Origin: an uncultured Chloroflexia bacterium | GTDB taxonomy: Bacteria > Chloroflexota > Limnocylindria > Limnocylindrales > CSP1-4 | Reading direction: 5' to 3' | Length of the DNA stretch: 64,000 bases | NCBI GenBank assembly: GCA_963833225.1 | Contig: CAWHXD010000008.1 | Location: forward strand, 128,001 to 192,000 | Notes under the pieces: model-generated | What the model was told of the DNA's origin: nothing | Database searches by the model: none | What the model saw: only the letters and a program-made list of their open reading frames with translations | Shown here: piece after piece, positions 39,820 to 51,207 of the stretch | Position numbering within the stretch: position 1 is the stretch's first letter | Layout of the letters: each line of letters opens with the position of its first letter | Position numbers and translations under genes: made by a program

Positions 39820-42255
39820 GCCCTGTCCTCGTCCTCTGCCGGGCCCGGCGCTTCCGCCCGGCGGAGGACCACCCGGGCATTGGAGCCGTCGAACTTGCCC
39901 ACGTATCCCCGCACCTCGAGCTGGTCGATGATCCGGGCGGCCCTGGCGTAGCCGATTCTTCAGGCGCCGCTGGAGCAGGGACGCCGAGGCCCGATCGTAC
40001 TCCTGGATGACCGCGACCGCGTCCAGCAGGAGCCGGTCGGCGTCATCCTCGACGGCCTCTTCGACGGAGCCCGTGGAATCCTCGTCGGACGCGACGATGG
40101 CGAGGTCGTAGCGCGGCGGCCCGTCCACCTGGTCCCGCCAGTGCTGGGTCACGGCCACGATCTCCGGGTCCGAGACGAACACGCCCTGGTGGCGCGTGGG
40201 CTTGGGCTGGTCGGACGGCTGGTACAGCATGTCCCCGCGGCCGATCAGGTCCTCCGCGCCGGGCGCATCGAGGATCGTGCGGCTGTCGATCTGGCTGGCC
40301 ATCGCGAACGCGATCCGCGAGGGGAAGTTGGCCTTGATCAGGCCGGTCACGACGTTGACCGACGGGCGCTGGGTGGCGAGGACCATGTGGACGCCGGTGG
40401 CCCGCGCCTTCTGCGCCAGCCGGACGATCGGGTCCTCGACGTTCTTCCCTTCCCGCATCATGAGGTCCGCGAGCTCGTCGATCACGATCACGATGTACGG
40501 CAGGCGGTCGGCCGGATCCACCCGGGTGTCGTTGTAGGACTTGATGTTGCGGGCGGTCGCGCCGGCGAACTTGCGGTAGCGGTGCTCCATCTCGGACACG
40601 GCCCACTTGAGCGCCGCCTTGGCCTTGTCGGGCTCGGTGATCACCGGGACCAGCAGGTGCGGCAGCTCGTTGTAGCCGGCGAGCTCGACGCGCTTGAGGT
40701 CCATCAGGATCATCCGCACGTCGTCCGGGGTGGCGTTGCACAACAGGCTGGTGATCACGGCGTTGACCATGACGCTCTTGCCCGAGCCCGTGGCGCCCGC
40801 GATCAGCAGGTGGGGCATCCGGGCGAGGTCCACGGCCACGGCGCGGCCGGCCACGTCGCGGCCGAGGGCGAAGGTCAGGCGCGTCCCCGAGGCTGAGAAG
40901 TCGACCTCCTCGAGGATCCGGCGCAGCGCGACGACGTTGAAGTCCGCGTTGGGGATCTCGATGCCCACGGCGCTCTTGCCCGGGATGGGCGCCTCGATCC
41001 GGATGCTGCGTGCGGCAAGCGCCATGGCGAGATCGTCCGAGAGGGCCTCGATCCGGCTGACCTTGATGTGGGCCGCCGGCTGGACCTCGTACTGGGTGAC
41101 GACGGGCCCCGCGTTGCGTCCGACGATCCGGGCCGGGATGTCGAAGCTCTGGAGCTTGCGGACGATGATCTCCTCGTTGCGCGCGTGGAGCACGTCCTGG
41201 TTGCCGGAGGCGACGGCGCTGATCGGCTCGCCCGGATCGAGCAGCGCGTGGGGCGGCAGCGTCCACTCGATAGGCGCGCGTGTGGGCGGCGTGTCCGCCC
41301 CGTCCGTGACGTCACCCGGATCGCGACGAGGACGCTCGGCCGGCACGCGCGCGAGCCCCGGATCGGCGAGCGCCGAACCCGCCGCGCGCAACGGGGCGAT
41401 GGTGGCCGACGCGGGCCCCATCGTGGGCATCGCGACCGGGATGTCGTTCATCCCGTCGTCCGAGCCCCAGACGCCGGTCTGGCCAGGGGCGTCCACGGCC
41501 GGGATCCGGGCGCCCCGGCCTCGACGGCCGCCTTCCGACGGGGCCGGCCCGGTTGCCACGTCCACGACGCGTTGCCCGTTGGCGCTCTTGCCATTAGCCT
41601 TCGGGGTCGACCCCTCCGTCTTCACGGCCTTGATCGTCCGGTCCTGGAGCGTGGTCCCGGCCGCCTTTGCGAGGTTCGTGGCTGGCGCCAGCATGGCCCG
41701 CAACGGTTGGTCGAAGGCGATCAGCAGGCCCGCGAGCAGCAGGACGGTCAGCACCACGAACGCACCCGGGCCTGTCAAGAGCGGTGCCAGGAGGTCCGCC
41801 AGGAACCGCCCGATGCGTCCGCCGGTCCAGCGATTGACGTCGATCAGCTGGAGCATGCCCACGAACCCCACGTAGGCGAGGCCGATGCCCAGCAGCGTGC
41901 GTCCCCAGGGCGCGCCCTTCTCCTTGCCGGGACCCCATTCGAGGTACCAGCCGGCAACGAGCAGCACGAACGGCAGCAGCCAGCGCCCGGATCCCACGAA
42001 CGGGGCGGCGGTGTCGCGCCACCAGTCCGTGAGGCTCCCCTTGCCCGGCAGCGTCAGGGCGATCAGCGTCACGGCGCCCAGGCCCAGCAGGAACAGGCCA
42101 ACCAGCGACCGGACCACATCCGAGGACAGCCCGAGCGACAGCCGCGGCAGCGGCAGACCACGACGCCTGGCCGTCGACCGCGACCGGGATGACGGGGCCC
42201 GGGTCGGTCGCCGCGCCGGCGCGGAGCGCGACGTCGGGCGTCGCTGCTTCGCCAT
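39816..42255 (-). CDS. ftsK: DNA translocase FtsK/SpoIIIE (frameshift near 39958 in the gamma domain)
   Basis: PHLLIAGATGSGKS, IDELADLM, ATQRPSV, GRGDML, ASASLLQRRL; GYARAARIIDQLE in the shifted frame. Confidence 0.93.
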
Positions 42256-42258
42256 CCG

Positions 42259-43926
42259 CTAGACCTCGACCACGACGGGGAAGACCATCGGCCGGCGCTT
42301 GGTCTGCTCGTAGAGGAACCGGGAGACGCCGCCCTTGATCTGCTCCTTGAGCAGCGCGATCTCGGAGATCCGGTCGCCGGGGGTCTCCACCGCCTCGCGG
42401 ATCCGGCGGATCGCCTCCTCGATCAGCGGGTCGTCCTCGTTCCCGTGGACGAACCCGCGGGTGATGATCTCCGGCCGGCCGACCATCTTGTTGGTCTGCT
42501 TGTCGATCTGGACCACGACCATGAACATGCCGTCGTTGGCGAGCGCACGGCGGTCCCGCAGGACGACGTCCCCCACCTCGCCCACCGACAGGCCGTCCAC
42601 GTAGACATACCCCGCGGCGACGGGCTGGCCCCGGCGCGCGGACCCGTCCGCGAAGATCTCGATCGGCGTCCCGTTCTCGATGATGAACACGTTCTCGGGC
42701 TCCACGCCCGTCTCGATCGCCAGGCGCCCGTGCTGCACCTGCATCCGGAACTCGCCGTGCATGGGGATGAAGTACCGGGGCTTGGTGAGCCCCAGCATGA
42801 GCTTGAGCTCCTCCTGGCTGGCGTGGCCCGAGACGTGCGCGTGCTTGATCGTGTGGTAGTAGACGTTGGCACCCGCCTTGAACAGGTTGTCGATGGTCCG
42901 GGCCACGTATTCCTCGTTGCCCGGGATGGGGCTCGCGGACACGATGACCGTGTCGCCCTGCTGGATCTCCACGAACCGGTGGTCCCGGTTGGCCATCCGC
43001 GCGAGTCCCGACATCGGCTCACCCTGCGCCCCGGTCGTCGCGATCACGGTCCGATGGGCCGGGTGATCGCCGATCTTGTCCTTGGCCAGGAACTGCGACG
43101 GCTCGAAGTTGAGATAGCCGAGGTCCGACGCGATCCGGGTGTTCTGCTCCATCGACCGGCCGACCACGGCCACCTGCCGGTTGAACGTCTTGGCGGCGTC
43201 GAACACCTGCTGGATGCGGGCGATGTTGGATGCGAAGGTGGCGACGATGACCCGCCCCTCGAGGCCCTCCATGATCTCGCGGAAGGCCTCGCCCACCGTG
43301 CGCTCGGACGGCGTGTAGCCCGGGTTCTCGGCCCGCGTCGAGTCCGACAGGAGGCAGATCACGCCCTCCTGGCCCATGCGCGCGATGGTGGCGAACTCGG
43401 ACGGCTTGCCGTCAACGGGGGTGTGGTCGAACTTGAAGTCCCCCGTGGTGACCACGACCCCGACCGGGGTCCGCAGGGCAAGGCCCATGGCGTCGGGGAT
43501 CGAATGGCCGACCCGGAACGGGATGACGTCGAACGGGCCGATCGTGATCTCATCGCCCGGATCGAGCGCGAGGATCGGGTTGGCGTGGAGCTTGTGCTCC
43601 TTGACCTTGTTGCCCAGCAGGCCGCGGGCGAGGGTGCTCGCGTACACCGGCACGCCGGGGAACTCCGGGAGCACGTAGGGCAGGCCGCCGACGTGGTCCT
43701 CGTGGGCGTGGGTGATCAGGAACGCCCGGACCTTGGCGCGGTTCTCCTTGAGATAGGTCACGTCGGGGACGACGAGGTCGATGCCGAACATCTCCTCGTC
43801 GGGGAACATGAGCCCGCAGTCGATCACGACGATGTCGTCGCCGTACTCCACGACGTAGCAGTTCTTGCCGATCTCGCCCACACCTCCGAGCGGGATGATG
43901 CGGAGCGGGATGTTGGGGTCGGCCAT
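42259..43926 (-). CDS. rnj: Ribonuclease J
   Basis: PLGGVGEIGKN, THAHEDHVGG, GDFKFD, HVSGHA, HGE. Confidence 0.96.
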   Translation of the reverse strand: MADPNIPLRIIPLGGVGEIGKNCYVVEYGDDIVVIDCGLMFPDEEMFGIDLVVPDVTYLKENRAKVRAFLITHAHEDHVGGLPYVLPEFPGVPVYASTLARGLLGNKVKEHKLHANPILALDPGDEITIGPFDVIPFRVGHSIPDAMGLALRTPVGVVVTTGDFKFDHTPVDGKPSEFATIARMGQEGVICLLSDSTRAENPGYTPSERTVGEAFREIMEGLEGRVIVATFASNIARIQQVFDAAKTFNRQVAVVGRSMEQNTRIASDLGYLNFEPSQFLAKDKIGDHPAHRTVIATTGAQGEPMSGLARMANRDHRFVEIQQGDTVIVSASPIPGNEEYVARTIDNLFKAGANVYYHTIKHAHVSGHASQEELKLMLGLTKPRYFIPMHGEFRMQVQHGRLAIETGVEPENVFIIENGTPIEIFADGSARRGQPVAAGYVYVDGLSVGEVGDVVLRDRRALANDGMFMVVVQIDKQTNKMVGRPEIITRGFVHGNEDDPLIEEAIRRIREAVETPGDRISEIALLKEQIKGGVSRFLYEQTKRRPMVFPVVVEV

Positions 43927-43944
43927 GGGGTCTCTCGTTCCTGG

Positions 43945-44707
43945 CTAGAAGAGGGTGAGCTGGGACGCATCGTCGGCCGCGGGGTCGGCGGCGCTGGGCG
44001 ACGGGGTGGGGGCCGGCGGCGGGTCGGCGGGACCGGGGGTCGGCGGCGGGTCGTCGGGACCCGGGTCGGAGGATGGCGGGGCGGCTTCCCCGACCGCGGA
44101 GGCCGGGTCGGCACGACGTTCGCGGGCATCGAGCAGGACGGTCGGAACCCGGGCCATGTCCTCGAAGCTCTCGCGCTCGATGGCCGCGGTTCGCAGCGCC
44201 GCGGCGGGGTGGTACATCGCGAACACGAGGGCGTTCCGGGCGCCGGTGGCGGGGTCCACCGGGGCCGTCGTGCCGTGGACCTGCCCGATCCGGGCGCCGG
44301 GCATGAACGCGCCCATCGAGTACCGGCCCAGGGTCACGACCACGGCGGGATCGAGCACCTCCAGCTGCCGGCGGAGGAACCCGGCGCAGGCCGCGATCTC
44401 GTCCGGTTGCGGGTCCCGGTTGTCCGGCGGGCGGCACTTCACGACGTTGGTGATGAACACGTCCTCCCGGCGCCAGCCGACGTGCGCGCAGGAGACGAAC
44501 GAGCAGCGCGCCGGCACGGCCCACGAACGGGCGCCCCTCGCGGTCCTCGTTGAACCCCGGCCCCTCGCCGACGAACACGACCTCCGTGTCCGGATCGCCC
44601 TCGCCCGGGACAGCGCGGGTGCGCCCCTCGTGCAAGCGGCAGGCCGTGCAGTCCCGGACCTCGTTCGCGATCAGCTCGAGCGCCGCGCGGCGCTCGTCGC
44701 GGGTCAC
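43945..44707 (-). CDS. Uracil-DNA glycosylase family 4 (Fe-S), frameshifted near 44500
   Basis: C..C.L, VGEGPG, GRPFVGRAG, ITNVVKCRPP.NR, YHPAAALR. Confidence 0.88.
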
Positions 44708-45789
44708 GCGGGCCGTCCCCCGGACGCTGCCAGCACGCCCCGCTCGGATCCCTTCCGCACCCAGCCACGCTCGACGAGGACCTCGGCGATCTCCACGGCG
44801 TTGGAGGCCGCGCCCTTGCGCAGGTTGTCCGAGACCACCCAGAAGGCCAGGCCGCGGTTGCCGTCGATCGACGGGTCCTGGCGGACGCGGCCGACGAAGA
44901 CCTGGTCCGAGCCCGCCGACTCCGTCGCGAGCGGGTAGACGTTGTTGGCTGGATCGTCCTGGACCACCACGCCGGTGACGGCCGCGAACAGCTCCCGGGC
45001 CTCCTCGGGCGTGATCGGGTCCCGCGTCTCCACGTGGACCGCCTCCGAGTGGCCGATGAACACCGGCACCCGGACGGCCGTGCACGAGACGCGCAGGTCC
45101 GGCAGGTGCAGGATCTTGCGGCTCTCGGTCACGACCTTCCACTCCTCCTTCGTGTACCCGTTGTCGAGGAACACGTCGATGTGGGGAAGGGCGTTGAACC
45201 CGATGACGTGGGGATACACGTTGGCGACCTTCGGGCGGCCCTCCGCGTGGGCCTTGATCTGCTCGTCAAGCTCCACGATCGCCTTCTGGCCGGTCCCTGC
45301 CACCGCCTGGTAGGTGTCCACCACCATGCGCTCGATGCCCACGGCGTCGCGCAGCGCCATCAGCGGCGGCATCAGCTGCATCGTGGAGCAGTTGGGGTTG
45401 GCGATGATGCCCTCGTGCCAGGCGAGGTCGTCCGGGTTGACCTGGCTGACCACGAGCGGCACCGACGGGTCCATCCGCCAGGCGCTGGAGTTGTCGACCA
45501 CGACACAGCCGCGCTTCGCGGCCTCGGGGGCCAGCGCCTTCGAGGTCCCGCCACCGGCGCTGAAGATCGCGATGTCGATCCCCTCGAACGCGTCGGGGGT
45601 GGCCAGCTCCACGGTGATCGCGTCGCCGTTCACGGTCATCACCGTGCCGGCCGAGCGCTCGGAGGCCAGCAGGCGCAGCTCCGTGTACGGGAACCGCTTC
45701 TCGGCGAGAACGGCGACCATGGTCCGGCCGACGGCGCCGGTGGCGCCGACGACGGCGACGGTGAGCTTGTCTGGGAGGCTTCCGGGCAC
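44704..45789 (-). CDS. asd: Aspartate-semialdehyde dehydrogenase
   Basis: VVGATGAVG, DNSSAWR, NPNCST, RVPVF.GH, DNLRKGAA. Confidence 0.96.
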   Translation of the reverse strand: MPGSLPDKLTVAVVGATGAVGRTMVAVLAEKRFPYTELRLLASERSAGTVMTVNGDAITVELATPDAFEGIDIAIFSAGGGTSKALAPEAAKRGCVVVDNSSAWRMDPSVPLVVSQVNPDDLAWHEGIIANPNCSTMQLMPPLMALRDAVGIERMVVDTYQAVAGTGQKAIVELDEQIKAHAEGRPKVANVYPHVIGFNALPHIDVFLDNGYTKEEWKVVTESRKILHLPDLRVSCTAVRVPVFIGHSEAVHVETRDPITPEEARELFAAVTGVVVQDDPANNVYPLATESAGSDQVFVGRVRQDPSIDGNRGLAFWVVSDNLRKGAASNAVEIAEVLVERGWVRKGSERGVLAASGGRPA

Positions 45790-45961
45790 GGTCCGACCTG
45801 CTAGCGAGGAGTTGTCGGGCACGGCGCGGAGTATACCAGCGGGCCTCCCCCGCCCTCCCACGGGCCGCAGCGACCGCGCACGGAAGACCCAAGGTGGGTC
45901 GGGGACGGAACCTGGAGCGGCGGCGCATCGCCGCCTCGACGCGGGCCCAACGGGGTGGGGA

Positions 45962-46393
45962 TCAGTCCCGCTCCATCCAGCGCTCGGGATGGATCAGCGG
46001 GCCAAACCCGTAACGCGCATAGAAGGACCCGGCGTCGTTGGTCGCGAGGACCATCCGCCGCAGGCCCTGCAGACGGGGGTCCGCGACGATCGCGGCCATC
46101 AGCCGGCTGCCGACGCCCGCCGAACGCCATGCCTCGTCGACGAACACGTCGCACACCCAGGCGAAGGTCGCCTCGTCGGTGACGACGCGCGCGAACCCGA
46201 CCTGGCGATCGCCGGCCAGGGCCGAGAAGCACAGGGAGCCGCGGAGCGAGGCCTCGACCCGCGCCCGGGACCGGCCCATCGCCCAGTAGGCGCGCTCGGA
46301 CAGGGCGGGATGCAGCCAGCCGAGGTCGACATCCGCGGGATCGATGCTGATCCGGAGGCCGTCCGACGGGACGACCTCCGCATCGCGGGTCAT
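45962..46393 (-). CDS. GNAT family N-acetyltransferase
   Basis: QVGFARVVTD, DVFVD..WR..GVG, FYARYGF. Confidence 0.9.
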   Translation of the reverse strand: MTRDAEVVPSDGLRISIDPADVDLGWLHPALSERAYWAMGRSRARVEASLRGSLCFSALAGDRQVGFARVVTDEATFAWVCDVFVDEAWRSAGVGSRLMAAIVADPRLQGLRRMVLATNDAGSFYARYGFGPLIHPERWMERD

Positions 46394-46397
46394 CCGG

Positions 46398-48983
46398 CTA
46401 CTTCGCCAGATGCCGCTGCATCGCCGCCTTGCGGGACAGGTTGACGCGGCCCTGGCGGTCGATCTCGGTGACCACCACCATGACCTCGTCGCCGACGGAC
46501 ACGACGTCCTCGACGGACGGCACGTGGTAGTCGGCGAGCTCGCCGATCCGGATCAGGCCTTCCTTGCCGGGCAGGATCTCCACGAAGCAGCCGAAGGTCA
46601 TCAGCCGGGTGACCTTGCCCAGGTACAGGGCGCCGATCTCGACCTCGCGGGTGAGGCTCTCGATCCAGGTGATCGCCTTGCGCGAGTTCTCGCCGGAGAC
46701 GGCCGCGATCTCCACGGTGCCGTCGTCCTCGACGTTGATCTCGGTCTCGGTCTCCTCCTGGATCTTGCGGATCATCGATCCACCCTTGCCGATGATCTCG
46801 CGGATCTTCTCGGGGTTGATCTTGATCGTGATGATCCGCGGGGCGAAGTCGGACATCTCCTCGCGAGCCGAGGGGAGGACCGCGGTCATCTTGTCAAGGA
46901 TGAACAGGCGGGCCGCCAGGGCCTGCTTGAGACCCTCACGGATGACCCGCTCGTCGATGCCCTTGACCTTGATGTCCATCTGGAGAGCCGTGATGCCCTC
47001 CGTGGTGCCGGTCACCTTGAAGTCCATGTCGCCGATCGAGTCCTCCTTGCCGAGGATGTCGGTCAGCACCACGAAGTTGCCGGTATCGGCGTCGAGCACG
47101 AGGCCCATCGCCGCGCCGGCCACCGGGGCCTTGATCGGCACGCCGGCATCCATGAGGGCGAGGGTCGAGCCGCAGGTCGAGGCCATGGACGTCGAGCCGT
47201 TGCCGGCGACCACCTCGGACACGAGGCGGATGACGTACGGGAACTCGTCGTGCGACGGGAGGACCGGCAGCAGCGCCCGGCCGGCCAGGTTGCCGTGGCC
47301 GATGTCGCGCCGGCTGGGGCCGCGCATGGGCTTGTTCTCGCCCGTGCTGTACGGCGGGAAGTTGTAGTGGTGGAGGTACCGCTTCTCGGTCTCGGGGCTG
47401 ATGGTGTCGATCCGCTGGACGTCCGAGGACGCCCCCAGGGTGGCGACGGTCAGCGCCTGCGTCTGGCCACGGGTGAACAGGCCCGAGCCGTGGGCGCGCG
47501 GCAGCAGGCCGACCTCGACCGAGATCGGGCGGATCTCGTCGGTGGCACGGCCGTCCATCCGGAGCCCCTCGGCGAGGACGAGCCCGCGGACGGTCTTCTT
47601 GTTGACGAGGTTGAACAGGCTCTTGCTCACGCGCGCGCTGCGACGCGCCGCCTCCAGCATGGCAGCCGCCTTCGCGGCATCCCCGCGGGTGGCCCGGACG
47701 GCATCCGCGATGCCGGCCTTGAGCGTCTCGAGGCGGCCCGGCAGCTCGTTGCCGAACCAGATCAGCAGGTTCGCGGTCGCCTCCGCGTCCGGAAGGGCGC
47801 GGTGGTTCTCGGACAGCTCGACCCCGAAGAACTTGGCCAGGGTGCCCAGCTTGTAGTTCTCGAGATCCGGGTAGCCCTCGCGGGCGATCACCAGCGTGTC
47901 CAGGTAGCGGCCCTGCTCCACGCGGGTGCCGTCGCCGAGAGCCTCCTCGATGAACCCGATGTCAAACCCGACGGAGTGGCCGACGAACGGCGCATCGCCC
48001 ACGAAGTCGAGCGCCTTGCGGGCGGCCTCGGCCGGGGTCGGGGCGCCCTTCACGTCCTTGTCCGTGATGCCGTGCATCTGGTTGCCCACGATCGGCCGGC
48101 CCGGGTTGACGAGGGTGGACCAGCGGTCGGTGATCTTGCCGCCCTTGACCCGCACCGCGGCGACCTCGACCAGGTCCGCCATCTTGGGGTCCGTGCCCGT
48201 GGTCTCGACGTCCACCACGACGAACTCGCCGCCCGCCTTCGCCAGGTCGGCGAAGTTGAGCACGGAGCTGGTCGCCGGCTCGATGTAGGGCAGGCGCTTG
48301 GGCTTGCCGACGAGCTCCCGGAGCTTCTCCTGGATGTCGATCAGCGGCTGCAGGGCCCGGTGGCCGAACAGGATGGCCTCGGCCATCACGTCCTCGGGCA
48401 GGATCTTGACGCCCGCCTCGACCATCATGATCGCGTCGCGCGTGCCGGAGACGATCAGGTCGAGCGCCGAGTCGGCCAGCTGCGGGTAGGTGGGGTTGAG
48501 GACGAACTCGCCGTCGATGTAGCCGACGCGGACCGCGCCGACCGGACCCTGGAACGGGATCTCGCTGATCGTGAGCGCCGCGGACGCGGCGATCGTGCCC
48601 AGGATGTCCGGGTCGTTCTCGTGGTCCGTCGAGAGGACGGTGATCACGAGCTGGATATCGTCCTTGTAGCCCTCGGGGAACAGGGGGCGGATGGGGCGGT
48701 CCGTGAGGCGCGCCGCGAGCGTCGCTGCCTCGGACGCGCGGCCCTCGCGCTTGATGAAGCCGCCGGGGATCTTGCCCGCGGCGTACATGCGCTCCTCGAA
48801 GTCGACCGTCAGCGGGAAGAAGTCGAGGCCGGGGCGCGGCTCGGACCGGTTCGCGGTCCCGAGGACCATGGAGTCGCCGTAGCGCAGGGTGACGGCGCCG
48901 CCGGCGAGCCCGGCAAGCTTGCCGGTTTCCAGCGTGAGCGTGCGATCGCCGAACTCGATCTCGAGCGTGGTGGGAGTGGGCAC
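46398..48983 (-). CDS. pnp: Polyribonucleotide nucleotidyltransferase with an internal DEDDh exonuclease domain
   Basis: DFFPLTVDFEE, AGKIPGGF, RxDGR, RRDIGHG, DILGKEDSIGDMDFK, KH and S1 domains; insert with DVETTG / FD / HRALPDA. Confidence 0.96.
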   Translation of the reverse strand: MPTPTTLEIEFGDRTLTLETGKLAGLAGGAVTLRYGDSMVLGTANRSEPRPGLDFFPLTVDFEERMYAAGKIPGGFIKREGRASEAATLAARLTDRPIRPLFPEGYKDDIQLVITVLSTDHENDPDILGTIAASAALTISEIPFQGPVGAVRVGYIDGEFVLNPTYPQLADSALDLIVSGTRDAIMMVEAGVKILPEDVMAEAILFGHRALQPLIDIQEKLRELVGKPKRLPYIEPATSSVLNFADLAKAGGEFVVVDVETTGTDPKMADLVEVAAVRVKGGKITDRWSTLVNPGRPIVGNQMHGITDKDVKGAPTPAEAARKALDFVGDAPFVGHSVGFDIGFIEEALGDGTRVEQGRYLDTLVIAREGYPDLENYKLGTLAKFFGVELSENHRALPDAEATANLLIWFGNELPGRLETLKAGIADAVRATRGDAAKAAAMLEAARRSARVSKSLFNLVNKKTVRGLVLAEGLRMDGRATDEIRPISVEVGLLPRAHGSGLFTRGQTQALTVATLGASSDVQRIDTISPETEKRYLHHYNFPPYSTGENKPMRGPSRRDIGHGNLAGRALLPVLPSHDEFPYVIRLVSEVVAGNGSTSMASTCGSTLALMDAGVPIKAPVAGAAMGLVLDADTGNFVVLTDILGKEDSIGDMDFKVTGTTEGITALQMDIKVKGIDERVIREGLKQALAARLFILDKMTAVLPSAREEMSDFAPRIITIKINPEKIREIIGKGGSMIRKIQEETETEINVEDDGTVEIAAVSGENSRKAITWIESLTREVEIGALYLGKVTRLMTFGCFVEILPGKEGLIRIGELADYHVPSVEDVVSVGDEVMVVVTEIDRQGRVNLSRKAAMQRHLAK

Positions 48984-49113
48984 AGGTGAACGACCTCCTT
49001 GGTCGAGCGTGTGAGGATGCCTTGCGGCGGGTGGGGCCGGGTTGTCGCGAGGGACCGGGCGCCGGATGCGTACGACCCCGGGACAACGGCCCGGGGTCGG
49101 GATGCGGCTGGTC

Positions 49114-49383
49114 CTAGCGGCGAAGTCCGAGCGAGCCGATCACGGCTCGATAGCGAGCGGGGTCCTTCTTCACCAGGTAGGCGAGAAGGCGCCGGCGCTG
49201 TCCCACGAGCTTGAGGAGGCCGCGGCGCGAATGGTTGTCCTTCGGGAAGCGGCGGAGGTGCTCCGTCAGGTCCCGGATCCGCTCCGTCAGGAGCGCGATC
49301 TGGACCTCGGGCGAACCCGTGTCGCCGTCCTTGACGGCGTACTCGGTGATGACCTCTTGCTTCTTCTCCCGCGCGAGCGGCAC
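49114..49383 (-). CDS. rpsO: 30S ribosomal protein S15
   Basis: [33 protein letters not shown]; GTG start with GGAGG SD gives 89 aa. Confidence 0.97.
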   Translation of the reverse strand: MPLAREKKQEVITEYAVKDGDTGSPEVQIALLTERIRDLTEHLRRFPKDNHSRRGLLKLVGQRRRLLAYLVKKDPARYRAVIGSLGLRR

Positions 49384-49500
49384 TCGATCCTCCGACACGA
49401 ACGATGGCGTGACTACACAACTTGTTCTTCGACCCGCGGAGGATAGCAGGCGCTTCCATGTTCCGCCACCAGCCCGGGGGCACGTCGCGGGTGGCCGGCC

Positions 49501-51207
49501 TCAACCGCTGCCGAGCGCCGGCGGCGTCCACGGCGATGTCCCCGCCGCTCCCCGTCGCACCACGACCCACGCGTCGCCGTCAACCGTCAGTCCACGCGCC
49601 CACCTCGCCGTCCGGCCAGGTGACCCGGACGTCGGCTCGTTGCGACGGCCCCAGCCCCACATGCAGCGGCCCGAGACGCCCACCGATGTGCCCGCCGCCC
49701 ACGACGATCTCGTGGCTCACCACCGACTCCCCCACCCGGACATCGACCACGGCCCCGATCGCGTCCCGATTGGGACCTGCCTGCTCCAGGCGGATCCCAA
49801 GCCAGTGGCCCATCGCGACCGGACCGGTCCCGTCACCCGGCGCCCACGTTGCGCCACACGCGCACGGGTGCGCCCAGGTACACCTCCACGAGGTCCGGCA
49901 GGCCATCGAGGTTGAGATCGGCCAGGCTGGCGCCGCGGCCGCGGTCAAAGCCGGTGATCCCGGCGGCCTCGGCCGCCTCGACGAACGTCCCGTCGGGCTG
50001 GCCCAGGAACAGGTCGCTGGGGTCCCGGCTCGCATACCCGGGATCCGCGCTCACGTTGCCCTTGGTGACGAGGAGGTCGAGGAACCCGTCGTTGTTGACG
50101 TCGTCGAACTCCGGGTGCCACGCGGTCGAGGGCAGGACGTCGCCGCCGCTGCTCGGGGTGGCCGCGTTGACCCCGCGCTTGAGGGCGATGTCCCGGTACA
50201 TGGGCTGTGCCGGGCCGGACAACAGCGTCTGCAGCTTGTTGTCACCCTGGCTGGTCAGGTACACCTCGGGCATCCCGTCGCCGGTGAGATCCTGGCTGGC
50301 GATCCCCATGCCCCAGATCTGCATGCTGACCCAGCCGTCGTCGGCCGTGTACGGGCGCGGTGCCGCGCCGGGCTCGATCCGCCACAGCTGGTCCGAGCCA
50401 TCGCTGTAGTAGTGGCGGTCGTTGGTGACCCGCAGGTCGCGGCGGCCGGACCCGTCCCAGTCGCTGAACAGCATCGACAGGGTGCAGTACCCGGGCGTCA
50501 GGGCGATGGGCGCCCCGTAGCCCGTTGCCGACGCGGGCCGGTAGAGGGCGTTGTCCTCGCAGTGCCAGGTGGGCTGGAGGGCACCATCGACCGTCACGTA
50601 GTGGCCGACGCCAGCGTCGGCAGGGCAGCGTCGCCCTCCCACGTGGCCGAGAACGCCGTCGTCCAGGCGTCCTGGCCGGCGAAGCCCCAGGCTTCGTTCG
50701 CGCGCTCGAAGCCGCAGCCACCGGTGCCACGCAGCAGGACCGGCTCGCCGACCCGGAGCACCGCGAGGTCGATGATCCCGTCGCCGTCGATGTCGAGCGG
50801 GTAGGCGCCGGTGACGCCGGCGAGATCGGTGGCCTCGCCGGGCACGCGCGTGAACCGCAGCGCCCCACCCACCTGGCTGTCGTTGCGGAACAGCGCGGCG
50901 GGATGCTCGCCCCCAGCGAGGTACAGGTCGGGCCTTGCCGTCGGCGTCGCAGTCGAGGGCGGCCACCCCGCCACCGGTGGAGAAGGTCGGCCCGCCGTCA
51001 TAGGTGTGCTCGATGCCGGCGTCGCCGGTTTCCTCGACGAAGCGCGGCGGACCGAGGGCCGTCACCGGCGTCGTGGCGCCGCCCAGCGTGCCGGTCGCCA
51101 CCAGGCCCGTCGCGGCGACCCCGACCACGACCAGGATCGCCAGGACCGCGACCCACGCTGCCCGGCCGGCGGCCACCGGCCGCCGGTGCCGCGGGCCTGT
51201 CGCTCAC
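49501..51207 (-). CDS. CRTAC1/ASPIC-UnbV FG-GAP repeat protein, multiple frameshifts
   Basis: DxDxDG repeats, WGMGIA, N-terminal TM, C-terminal NRDAIGA..V...LHVGLG (UnbV). Confidence 0.8.

Noticed and set aside
38398-42255. Apparent 1285-aa FtsK-RodZ fusion in the ORF track
   Set aside because: A frameshift near 39958 breaks the conserved LQRRLKIGYARAARIID motif. The shifted frame ends at a TGA (39816) overlapping RodZ's own ATG, so these are two genes.
47755-48230. PNPase insert interpreted as an intein or mobile intron
   Set aside because: No Cys/Ser start or His-Asn end splicing motifs and no homing endonuclease motif; the insert reads as a DEDDh exonuclease.
46344-48989. Long antisense ORFs (881 aa opposite pnp, 1010 aa at 23893-26925, 778 aa at 28556-30892 and others)
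   Set aside because: Shadow ORFs expected in high-GC DNA opposite real genes; no recognisable motifs.
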